Source of the DNA: a bacterium
GTDB taxonomy: Bacteria > Auribacterota > UBA3054
Length of the DNA stretch: 64,000 nucleotides
Reading direction: 5' to 3'
Assembly: GCA_017616555.1 (NCBI GenBank)
Contig: JAFZXZ010000032.1
Span: 41,099-105,098 of the forward strand
Made by a program: the position numbers and the translations under genes. The notes under the pieces were generated by a model, which ran no database searches, was not told where the DNA came from, and saw only the letters and a list, made by a program, of their open reading frames with translations. Positions 8,573-17,230 of the stretch are shown piece by piece (positions within the stretch are counted from its first letter, which is position 1; each line of letters begins with the position of its first letter).

Positions 8573-10249
8573 GTGGCAGACAAAAAGGTTGTAAGTATTG
8601 ACCTAGGTCGCGAAGTAGTGAAATTCGCGTTTGCGCAGGTCAGTAAAGGCAGCGCCAAGCTCACCGGATGTCAGAGCGTTACTCTTGAAATCGCCCATGA
8701 CGCCGACGACAGCGCATGGCGCGCCGCTGTTTTGGAAGTGCTCAAGCAGCAGAAAGCTGCTGGTTCTCTGGACAAGAAATCCGAAATATACGTTACTCTT
8801 CCCAGCTCTCAGGTTCTTACCAGAGCCCTGAAAGTTCCCACTGCGGAACTGCAGACTCAGGTCGAGGAAGAGGCCAAGAAAAATCTGCCTCTGCCAATTG
8901 AGGAAGCCGAGTGGGGCTACAACGTTGTCGGCGAAGCCGGTGACCAGAGCCACATCTCCCTTTTGGCCGTGAAGACCACCGTCGTTGAAGAGATCAATTC
9001 GATTTTTGAGGAAGCCGGTCTTTCCCTTGCCGGCGCCACAAGCGGTGCCCTTAACCTGGCGAACCTCCTTATCGCTGAAGGCAAAGGCACTGTTGAGACT
9101 CCTACGGCCGTTCTTTCAATCGGTGCTTCTTCCACGAACCTCGTCATCGCCGAGGGAACGAAAGTTTGGATGCGTACCTTGCCGGTTTTCGGTTCCACTC
9201 TCGTTTCCGCTCTGACCTCCGGCGGCGCTTCTTTTGACGAAGCTCGCAAGACTCTTCTCGAACAGGTCGATCTCGGAAACGCCGAAGCCGAAAGCACCAA
9301 GGCCGTCGGTCAGGCTCTCTCCCGTCTCGTGATGGAGATCACCCGTTCGATCGTGAACTACCGCACGAGCCTTTCCGGCGAGAAACCGGCGCGTATTCTT
9401 CTGACGGGCGGTTACGCCAAGATCAAAGGCCTCGACGCTTATCTCCAGGACAAGCTTAAAACCGACGCCGCTTACCTTGAAGCCTTCACGGCCTTTGAAG
9501 GCGAGAGCGGCGACTCCTTCGCTTTTGCGGAAACCTTGGGCGCTCTGATCGCTGTTGCCGGAAAGAGCCCCTACAGCGTAAACCTCGTTCCCGCCAATCT
9601 GCAGTGGCAGCGTTCCTTCGACGGCAAGAAGCCCCTTATCATCGCTGCTGTCGCTTTGCTGGCGGTGCTTTTCGGCGCGCTCTTCTTCCTCAACCAGGGC
9701 AAGATCAGCAAAGAGTCCGAACAGGCTGCAACGGCTCAGCAGACCCTCGAGGAAGCTCAGAAATATGACAAGGCCATCAAGCAGGTCCAGAAAGACATCC
9801 AGACTCAGCTGGCCGAGAACGAAGTTTACGGCCGCCTGCTCTGGGAAAGAGAAGCTTACGTTTATACGATCTCGCAGTTGGCTGCCAAGATGCCGACCAA
9901 CATGTGGCTCTATGGTGTCAGAAGCTTCACTCTGGGCGACATCTCTGAAGAGAACGCTTTGAGCAGCAACGCCAGCGACGTCCTTGTCATCAACAATGAC
10001 GAAGACGCCAAGACGCTGGTCAGGATCGGCATTGACTGCGGTTACTACGGCAACTGGGCCGAGGCTATGGGCGACATTCAGAAGCTCGTGGCCGAGACCG
10101 TCGGCAACGCCGGTTTCAAAGTCGGCCGCGATCTCCCCTGGCTCAAGTACACTGAACTGCAGATGGTGGTCGACCTTGACTGGAACAACAATGACAAGGA
10201 CGACTTCTCCGAGTATAAAGAAAAATTCAGCCTCAAATCCGGCCGTTAA
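8573..10249 (+). CDS. PilM-like actin-fold pilus assembly protein fused to a TM + PilN-like C-terminal region (Amuc_1101-like)
   Basis: GTG start with RBS aaggaaaa. PilM/FtsA-like blocks: VVSIDLGREVVKFA, LSIGASSTNLVIAEG, ILLTGGYAKIKGLDAYLQDKL. Then a TM helix (KPLIIAAVALLAVLFGALFFL), a coiled coil and a C-terminal domain. Confidence 0.75.
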   Translation: MADKKVVSIDLGREVVKFAFAQVSKGSAKLTGCQSVTLEIAHDADDSAWRAAVLEVLKQQKAAGSLDKKSEIYVTLPSSQVLTRALKVPTAELQTQVEEEAKKNLPLPIEEAEWGYNVVGEAGDQSHISLLAVKTTVVEEINSIFEEAGLSLAGATSGALNLANLLIAEGKGTVETPTAVLSIGASSTNLVIAEGTKVWMRTLPVFGSTLVSALTSGGASFDEARKTLLEQVDLGNAEAESTKAVGQALSRLVMEITRSIVNYRTSLSGEKPARILLTGGYAKIKGLDAYLQDKLKTDAAYLEAFTAFEGESGDSFAFAETLGALIAVAGKSPYSVNLVPANLQWQRSFDGKKPLIIAAVALLAVLFGALFFLNQGKISKESEQAATAQQTLEEAQKYDKAIKQVQKDIQTQLAENEVYGRLLWEREAYVYTISQLAAKMPTNMWLYGVRSFTLGDISEENALSSNASDVLVINNDEDAKTLVRIGIDCGYYGNWAEAMGDIQKLVAETVGNAGFKVGRDLPWLKYTELQMVVDLDWNNNDKDDFSEYKEKFSLKSGR

Positions 10250-10269
10250 CAGATGTCAAGGATAGAGCA

Positions 10270-11109
10270 ATGAAATTTGATTTACAGAAAAACAAATTGT
10301 TCCTCGTAACTCTGGGCATCGTGGTAGTCATCGTCGTGGTGACTCTCGTGCTCTGGCGCGGATCGGTCAACAAACTGAACGAAGCCTCCGCCGATTATGA
10401 AACCGCGAACAGCGATTACGAAACGCTGTGCAAGAATTACAACGGCGCGCCCTGCGAGGCTCTGCAGAAGGCTTATGAGGCCGACCTCGAAGCCCTGAAG
10501 AAACAGGCCACGGATTTTGTCGAGGCCGTCAAGACCGAAAAGCTCAACGTTCTCGACCCCTCCAACTTCAAGATCGAGCTTCGCAAATACGACAACCAGA
10601 TAAAGGAAGAGCGCGAAAAACGCAACATCAACATTTACCCCGGCGAGGGTTTCTCGGAATTCTTGGGCGATGTGGTCGCCAAGGAAGCCGATATGCCTAA
10701 GCTCTCCGCCCAGTTCCAGACAGTGAAAGACGTCCTCGGCGTGCTTCTTGACAACGACGTTCTGGAAGTCGTTTCCATCGAAAGAAACCAGGGCGACCAG
10801 ATGAGCGATTATGACGAGGAGGAGGAGGAATCCTTCGGCGGCGCCAGCGCCAAGAAGGACGAAAAGGTCGCCAAGTACGAAGGCATCCCCGTTTACTTCC
10901 AGTTCGCCATTCGTCCGGACAAGATTTACGACGTTCTTTCCCAGCTGCGCGACAAGCCCTTCTTCTATATAGTAAGAAGCATAAGGACCGACCTTCAGCC
11001 CGATCCGGTGGGAACGGTGGAAGATCCTTCCGATATCTTAGAGCGCGTTACGGTCGATATGACCGTGGAAATGATCAAGATCAACAAGCCCGCTGAGGCC
11101 GCTAAATAA
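10270..11109 (+). CDS. Membrane-anchored coiled-coil pilus-system protein, Amuc_1100-like architecture
   Basis: N-terminal TM anchor, coiled coil, acidic linker (DYDEEEEESFGG), and a C-terminal domain (IPVYFQFAIRPDKIYDVLSQL..FFYIVRSIRTD..VTVDMTVEMIKINKP). The order and positions resemble Amuc_1100 as I recall it. The position between the PilM-like gene and the secretins also matches. Confidence 0.5.
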   Translation: MKFDLQKNKLFLVTLGIVVVIVVVTLVLWRGSVNKLNEASADYETANSDYETLCKNYNGAPCEALQKAYEADLEALKKQATDFVEAVKTEKLNVLDPSNFKIELRKYDNQIKEEREKRNINIYPGEGFSEFLGDVVAKEADMPKLSAQFQTVKDVLGVLLDNDVLEVVSIERNQGDQMSDYDEEEEESFGGASAKKDEKVAKYEGIPVYFQFAIRPDKIYDVLSQLRDKPFFYIVRSIRTDLQPDPVGTVEDPSDILERVTVDMTVEMIKINKPAEAAK

Positions 11110-11129
11110 ATCAAGAGGATTAGTAGATA

Positions 11130-12113
11130 ATGAAAGCTTTAAATGAACATTGGGAAAAATTGCTTTTCGTAGTGATCCTTCTGATCGTTTTGGTAGTGGT
11201 AGGCAAGGCCTTCACAAGCCAGAACGACGTTGACAGTTTTGAAGCCCGCGGCGAAGCCAAGGACGTCAAGGAAAGCGCTTTGGTCGGCATTCCTGGTTTG
11301 GTCGAGATCGTCAAGGCCTCCGCTCCCAAGCTGGTCAGGAACGTCTTTACACACGACTGGCTCCAGAGAAGCACGGCCAACCAGGCTGCCTTGACAAGAA
11401 AGTGGGGGATTACCTGCGACGAGACCGGGCAGATGATCACTTATCGTCCTGATGCCGACAACGACGGTATGCCCAACGAGTGGGAACAGAAATACGGCCT
11501 GGATTGGACGAATCCCGCCGACGCCGAGGAAGATCCTGACAAGGATTCCTTCACGAACCTCAAGGAATACCAACTCTCCCAGGAGCTCGGCATTGAAGTT
11601 CTCCCCAAGGATCCTGCGAGTCCCAACGTTGTGGCTCAGGACTGGCGCATCGGCAAGATCTATCATCCCGAACGCGACCTTCAGCTCGGCATGTTCACCA
11701 AAGGTTCTTCTTTGAAATTCAAATACAAGGGAAAGATCCTCCCCGCCGTCGAGCTTTCCGGCACTCAGATCGAGCCTGAAGAAGGCAAGATCTTCTATAT
11801 AGAGAAAGTGGAAGAAGTCAACGAAACTGACAAAAAAGGCAAAGAGAAATTCGTTGACTACAAAGTTACCCTCAAAGATGGCGAAACTGGCGAGATTTTC
11901 TTCTGCACCAAGAAAGACAAGAGCCTGGAATCCTTCGGCATCGTAGAGTTCGTCAGCAAGGACGACGCCAACAAGAAAGTCGTCTGCAAAGTCGGCGATG
12001 AAATAAGCCTTCCCATGATCCAAAAAGACGGGAAAGTGACCGTTATAGACGTTGAAAACAAGACTGTCACCGTCAATGCCAACGACATTGACTACACAGT
12101 GACCGCTGAATAA
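11130..12113 (+). CDS. Membrane-anchored pilus-system protein with a thrombospondin-type-3-like Ca-binding repeat (Amuc_1099-like position)
   Basis: N-terminal TM (LLFVVILLIVLVVVG). DADNDGMPNEWEQKYGLDWTNPADAEEDPDKDSFTNLKEY is a DxDxDG-type repeat. Lys-rich beta-like C-terminus. Confidence 0.5.
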   Translation: MKALNEHWEKLLFVVILLIVLVVVGKAFTSQNDVDSFEARGEAKDVKESALVGIPGLVEIVKASAPKLVRNVFTHDWLQRSTANQAALTRKWGITCDETGQMITYRPDADNDGMPNEWEQKYGLDWTNPADAEEDPDKDSFTNLKEYQLSQELGIEVLPKDPASPNVVAQDWRIGKIYHPERDLQLGMFTKGSSLKFKYKGKILPAVELSGTQIEPEEGKIFYIEKVEEVNETDKKGKEKFVDYKVTLKDGETGEIFFCTKKDKSLESFGIVEFVSKDDANKKVVCKVGDEISLPMIQKDGKVTVIDVENKTVTVNANDIDYTVTAE

Positions 12114-12154
12114 AATAAATAATCAAGATATAACAACTGATGGAGTTAACGAGC

Positions 12155-14719
12155 ATGAAAAACACAAAAGCCCTGACAGTAGTTGCAGTCTCCCTGGCTG
12201 CGATCCTGCTTCTGGCGCAGAACGTGATGGCTGAAGCTGCCGTAGACCAGGCCATGAGACAGACGGCTGCTCTTCGCGCCCAGGAACTGGCCCGCGAATT
12301 GCAGATCGAACGTCAGGAACAACGGCAGATGGCTGACCTTTTGTTCCAGCAGGCGCTTCCCCTAATCGAACAGGGTGAGTACCGCAAGGCTCACACGCTT
12401 CTGTCCGAAGCTCTGAGGCGTTGCCCGAACCACGTTGAATCTAACGTTAAGATCATCGAGGTCAACAGCGCGCTTTACGACTACTACACTTCCGTGGCTA
12501 ACGACAGGCTTCAGATGCGCGACTACGAATCCGCGATCAACTTCTATCGCCAGGCTCTCGAGCATAAGCAGGGCGATGAGGCGCTGAAGGGCATCAACAA
12601 GGCCCGCAAGCTTCTCGAGACCGCCGCCAGCCAGCAGCTCTCCAAGATCGTCAACACCGACCTCTCCGAAGAAGAACAGGTCTATCAGATGATCAAGCAG
12701 GCGGAAGAGAAAGTTGTCTACGGTCAGTACGAAGAAGCCAAGAGCATTCTGAAACAGGCTATCAAGCTTGAAAGCGAAGATCCCCGCCCCCGTCGTATGC
12801 TGAGGGACGTGATCGCCAAGCAGAACAAGCTTATCAAGAGCGATCAGGAACTTGAACGTTCCCAGATCATGCTCGAAGTGCTCCGCAAGATCTCTCCGGA
12901 AGCCGCCGAGGATACTGAGGAAGTCGGCAGCGAGTCCACCGACGCCCCGGGCGAAACCGCTCGCAAGGCTATGTGGGCTAAACTGATGAACAAGATTCCG
13001 GCCGTCAGCCTTGACAACAACACGGTCTCCGAAGCAGTCCAGTTCCTTATTGAAGAAGGCAACATCCCGATCGTTCTGGATGCCGCCGGCGTCAGCGACA
13101 AGATCTCCCTTGACGCTGAAGGTCCGACGATCCTGACCGTCATCGAATACATCTGCGACACCGCCAACCTGAATTACATCGTGACCGGTTCCGCCGTCAT
13201 CATCTCCAAAGGCGAAGGCCAGATGGAGACCAGGATCTGGACGGTTTCTCCCGGCGTCGTTTCTAAGGCCTCTGAAATAGAGACTGAGGACAGCAGCTCC
13301 GATGCTTTCGGCGGTATCTTTGACACCGACACCGGCAGCGACGAAGACTTCTCCGCCATGGAGACCGAACCCGAGCTGGTCCGCGCCCTGAAAGATTACA
13401 TCGGCGCCGAAGTCGAAGGCAGCTCGATTTTCCTGGAACCCGTTTCCGGAACCTTGGTGGCCCGCAACACCGTCAAGAACTTGGAACTCATCGACAGCTA
13501 CCTGAAGAACCTCGACGAAAGCGGCGATCAGGTGCAGGTCGAGATCCAGGCCCGCTTCGTTGAGATCAGCGATCAAGACCTCAACGAAATAAGCTTCGGC
13601 ATGAAGCTCAAGAGCCCCTGGAAAGTCATCAGCGCCCACAACAAGAACGGCAACGCCGTCGTGGCCAACCCGACCGACTTCACCGGCGCGCTCCGCCGCT
13701 ACTCCAAGGGTTCCCGCAGCAGCCGTTATGCCGATCGTCTCTCCTCCGTGATGAGCATGGTTGGTGTCGGCGCCATTGGCAAAAACCAGATCAATGACGA
13801 GGTCCTCGGTTTCTTCACCAATGCTCTGACCGATCCTGAAGTTGGTCTGATCTTCAACGCGATCGACAACAAGACCAACGCTGACGTTCTCTCCGCTCCT
13901 TCAGTTACCACCGTCAGCGGCCAGCCCAGGGTCACCATCAAGCAGATCACCGAGGTCATGTACCCCGAAGATTACACAGTCTATAAACCGGCTATTATTT
14001 ACAGCAACGCCCAGTCTTTCAGCCTGCTCAACCCGAGCTCGACTCCGGACGTCAGCGCTATGCCTGGTTACGCCACTGTTGAAAGCACTCTTAAAGAAGA
14101 TGTAGGTATCGAACTTCAGGTTTCCCCGATCGTCGCCGACGACAAGCGCACGGTCAGCATGGACATCACCTGCAAGACCTCTTCTGAAATCGAGCCGCGC
14201 GTTGTTTCCGTTTACGTCGGAAACTCGGCTCTCAATGTCGACCCCATTGAACTCGACATCCCGCGCTTCAAGTTCTCCGAAGTCAAGACACAGGTCGTAG
14301 TCGCTGACGGCGAGACCGTGGTCTTGGGCGGCATGGTCACCGAGACCCTCCGTCAGTACAAGGACAAAGTCCCCTTCCTGGGCGACCTCCCCTTGATCGG
14401 CCGTTTCTTCAGAGCTGAAGGCAGCTACAATGAGAAGAAGCATCTTCTGATATTCGTCAAGACCAACATCATTACTCCGACCGGCGAGCTCTATCGCGAC
14501 CGCGTCGCCAGCAAGCTGGCCTCCTCCCTCGAGCAGGAACGCGCCGACTATGAAGAAGGCGAACAGGTCACTGAAGCCGAAGAAGGTGAGGAAGAGAGCA
14601 GTGAGGTTGAAGATTCCACTGAATCCGAAGAAACCACAGAAGTAAGCGAAGCTTCCGAAGATGAGGAAGAGACCGAAGAAACTTCTGAGGACGAAGAAGA
14701 GGAATCCACTGAGGAATAA
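12155..14719 (+). CDS. Secretin family outer-membrane channel (GspD/PilQ-like) with a TPR-like N-terminus and a poly-acidic C-terminal tail
   Basis: I prefer ATG 12155 (RBS ggag 9 nt upstream; MKNTKALTVVAVSLAAILLLAQNVMA signal peptide); the alternative is ATG 12140. Secretin_N-like block VARNTVKNLELIDSYLKNLDE..VQVEIQARFVEIS. Secretin core VVLGGMVTE...KVPFLGDLPLIGRFFR...KKHLLIFVKTNII. The last 62 residues are almost all E/D/S/T. Confidence 0.88.
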   Translation: MKNTKALTVVAVSLAAILLLAQNVMAEAAVDQAMRQTAALRAQELARELQIERQEQRQMADLLFQQALPLIEQGEYRKAHTLLSEALRRCPNHVESNVKIIEVNSALYDYYTSVANDRLQMRDYESAINFYRQALEHKQGDEALKGINKARKLLETAASQQLSKIVNTDLSEEEQVYQMIKQAEEKVVYGQYEEAKSILKQAIKLESEDPRPRRMLRDVIAKQNKLIKSDQELERSQIMLEVLRKISPEAAEDTEEVGSESTDAPGETARKAMWAKLMNKIPAVSLDNNTVSEAVQFLIEEGNIPIVLDAAGVSDKISLDAEGPTILTVIEYICDTANLNYIVTGSAVIISKGEGQMETRIWTVSPGVVSKASEIETEDSSSDAFGGIFDTDTGSDEDFSAMETEPELVRALKDYIGAEVEGSSIFLEPVSGTLVARNTVKNLELIDSYLKNLDESGDQVQVEIQARFVEISDQDLNEISFGMKLKSPWKVISAHNKNGNAVVANPTDFTGALRRYSKGSRSSRYADRLSSVMSMVGVGAIGKNQINDEVLGFFTNALTDPEVGLIFNAIDNKTNADVLSAPSVTTVSGQPRVTIKQITEVMYPEDYTVYKPAIIYSNAQSFSLLNPSSTPDVSAMPGYATVESTLKEDVGIELQVSPIVADDKRTVSMDITCKTSSEIEPRVVSVYVGNSALNVDPIELDIPRFKFSEVKTQVVVADGETVVLGGMVTETLRQYKDKVPFLGDLPLIGRFFRAEGSYNEKKHLLIFVKTNIITPTGELYRDRVASKLASSLEQERADYEEGEQVTEAEEGEEESSEVEDSTESEETTEVSEASEDEEETEETSEDEEEESTEE

Positions 14720-14760
14720 CTTAAATGGCAATTAAAAAAGATATAGACTTTGGAGGTCTT

Positions 14761-17112
14761 ATGAACAAAAATATGCTGAAAATGAGCCTTATCATCGGGC
14801 TGGTCATGCTGGCGGTCTCTCCGCTTCTGGCTGCCGATGAGCAGACGTTTGAGCAGAAGGAACAGCAGCTCCTTAGCGCCGCTGAACCCGAAGTCCAGAC
14901 CGAAGCCAAGGCCGAGACCATCGAAATCCCCAAGGAAGTCGGTGAAGAAGACGGTTTTTGGACCAAAATCAAAAAAGCCTTCGCCACCAAAGAAGAAAAG
15001 CCCGACCTTGACAACAAGACCGAGCAGGAGATCCAGGTTCTGATGTTCGAAGGCCGCACTTACTATCGTAAGGGCGAATACCAGAAGGCTCTCAACACCT
15101 TCGCGGAAGTCACCAAGCGCGACCCCTACAATCCGCTGGCCCGCCGCTATATGAGCAGCTGCAACGAAAAGCTTCTCCGCATTGAAGAGGACAACGTTGA
15201 TCTGACCGCTCTCCAGCGCATCCAGGACGTCGAGAAGAGCATGCTGATCATGACTGAAAAGCAGAAAGACCGCGATGAAGCCGTCGCCAACGCCGGCATC
15301 TCCACCGTCACTGACGAGAAGATGAACCGCGTTATCAAACAGCTCAGCTTCGTTGATGAGCCGATGGCGAACGTTCTCGAAACCATCCGCGAAGAAGCGA
15401 ATCTGAACTTGGTCATGCAGCCGGCCGTTGCGAACGCTATTCAGAACGCCACTCTGACGCTCTCTTTGGATAACATCTCCGTGGCCGACGCTCTTGACAT
15501 GATCTGCAAACTCAGGAAACTGAACTACAGCGTGGACGGCGAGTCCATCACCATCACGACTCAGGATTCCGCCCGTATCATCAGCAAGACGTTCCGTCTG
15601 TCCCGCGGCCTCGATTCCATTGAAGTTTTGAACAAGGAATCTCTGCGCACCCCGACCGACAAGGCGAAGGAGCTGCTTCGGCGCATCGGCGTTACGGAAG
15701 TCAAGGATGCTTCCGTGGTGTATGATGCCAGAACCAACCAGCTCATCGTACGTAACACCGCCGAGAACCTTGCCCTGATCGAGAAGTTCCTCAAGAACTT
15801 CGACAAGACCCCGTCTCAGGTTGAGATCGAAGCCCGCTTCGTGACCGTCGCCAACGACGACATGAACGAGCTCGTTTTCCGTCATTTCCTGACTCACAAC
15901 TATCGTTGGAACCGCAAGGACAAATACGGCGACAAGTATTATCTTGAAGCCCCCAACAAAGAGCGCGAAATGACCTCCGGCCTCCGTTATATCCGCTCCT
16001 TCATGGATGAGGATGCTTACGATCCGGTGAACTCCGCTTACAGGCTCCCCTCCACGGTTGATACCGGCAGCGATTACGGCGACTATATGAGCGTTGCCAA
16101 TCTGCGCCCCAACCAACCGGCTTACGGATCTGCTACCATCGAGGACATACAGTCCATGTACTCCAGCCTTGAGCAGTCCACCGGCACAGCCAATGAGTAT
16201 AAGCGCAAAGCTCAGGCCTCCTATCAGGCCATGCAGAACTTCTATCGTCAGTATCAGAGCATCTTGGACGGCAGCAGCCCCAACAAGAGCTTCTATGTTG
16301 ATCAGCTTTCCAGCTTGAGGTCCAATTACGTGTCCAACGCCAAGAGCTATGTTGACGCTCTCGGCTCCATCGCTGGCAACCAGTCCAGCATCGCTAAAGC
16401 GAACGTTCAGGACACTGTCGCCAACGACGGCCTCGGCAAAGTTTTCGATATCAGCGGCGTTCTTGGCCCCGCCCAGTACCGCAGCGTGATCTACGCTCTT
16501 TCCAACCAGGAAGGCGTTGAGACGATCTTCGCCCCCAAGGTGACGGTCGTTTCCGGAAACCGCGCTGAATTGAAAGAAGTCATCAGAGTCCGTTACAACA
16601 AGACCATCGAAGAAGCTGAAGACCAGGACGTCGACGTTGGTGACGCTCAGTCCGTGATCTACGACTACGCCGTTACGCCGAAAGACTGGGAAACCAGAGA
16701 GTACGGCACGAAGCTGGTCGTGACCCCGTCTGTGCAGACTGACGAAAAGACGATCGAACTGGAAGTCAACCCCGAGGTCTCTGACCTTCTGGGCTTCCGT
16801 AGGTTCGTGTCTTCCCGTAACAACGTTTACGAACTGCCCCAGTTCTTCGTCCAGAACCTCAAGACGACCGTCTTGGTCAACGACGGCGACACGCTCGTCA
16901 TGGGCGGCCTCATGAAGAATGACGTGGTCCGCACCAAGGACCGCACGCCCATTCTGGCCGACCTCCCCTGGATCGGACGTTTCTGGCGCGGTGAATCCGA
17001 GGTTGCCAAGAAATCCAACCTCCTGATCTTCATCAACGCCAAGCTGGTCGATCCTAGCGGCACGCCGCGCCGCGGCGCCACCGTGAAGACGGCTCCCACT
17101 GCTTCCCGCTAA
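14761..17112 (+). CDS. Second secretin family outer-membrane channel (paralog of the upstream gene)
   Basis: I prefer ATG 14761 (RBS ggagg; MNKNMLKMSLIIGLVMLAVSPLLA signal peptide); the alternative is ATG 14725. The domain order matches the upstream gene: TPR-like, IVRNTAENLALIEKFLKNFDK..VEIEARFVTVA, then the core TLVMGGLMKN...RTPILADLPWIGRFWR...KSNLLIFINAKLV. Confidence 0.88.
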   Translation: MNKNMLKMSLIIGLVMLAVSPLLAADEQTFEQKEQQLLSAAEPEVQTEAKAETIEIPKEVGEEDGFWTKIKKAFATKEEKPDLDNKTEQEIQVLMFEGRTYYRKGEYQKALNTFAEVTKRDPYNPLARRYMSSCNEKLLRIEEDNVDLTALQRIQDVEKSMLIMTEKQKDRDEAVANAGISTVTDEKMNRVIKQLSFVDEPMANVLETIREEANLNLVMQPAVANAIQNATLTLSLDNISVADALDMICKLRKLNYSVDGESITITTQDSARIISKTFRLSRGLDSIEVLNKESLRTPTDKAKELLRRIGVTEVKDASVVYDARTNQLIVRNTAENLALIEKFLKNFDKTPSQVEIEARFVTVANDDMNELVFRHFLTHNYRWNRKDKYGDKYYLEAPNKEREMTSGLRYIRSFMDEDAYDPVNSAYRLPSTVDTGSDYGDYMSVANLRPNQPAYGSATIEDIQSMYSSLEQSTGTANEYKRKAQASYQAMQNFYRQYQSILDGSSPNKSFYVDQLSSLRSNYVSNAKSYVDALGSIAGNQSSIAKANVQDTVANDGLGKVFDISGVLGPAQYRSVIYALSNQEGVETIFAPKVTVVSGNRAELKEVIRVRYNKTIEEAEDQDVDVGDAQSVIYDYAVTPKDWETREYGTKLVVTPSVQTDEKTIELEVNPEVSDLLGFRRFVSSRNNVYELPQFFVQNLKTTVLVNDGDTLVMGGLMKNDVVRTKDRTPILADLPWIGRFWRGESEVAKKSNLLIFINAKLVDPSGTPRRGATVKTAPTASR

Positions 17113-17125
17113 TAGCGGAAGCGAC

Positions 17126-17158
17126 ATCGGGCCGCTCGCATGAGCGGCCCGATTTTTA
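17126..17158 (+). terminator. Rho-independent terminator ending the pilus-like operon
   Basis: A 12-bp stem, atcgggccgctc (17126-17137) with gagcggcccgat (17142-17153), has loop gcat and is followed by a T5 run. Confidence 0.85.
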
Positions 17159-17230
17159 CTCCCTCCCCCTAATTTTCCCTCCACCTGATCACTCCTCTCT
17201 TTTTTGCGCTTTTTTGCGCTTTTTTGAATA

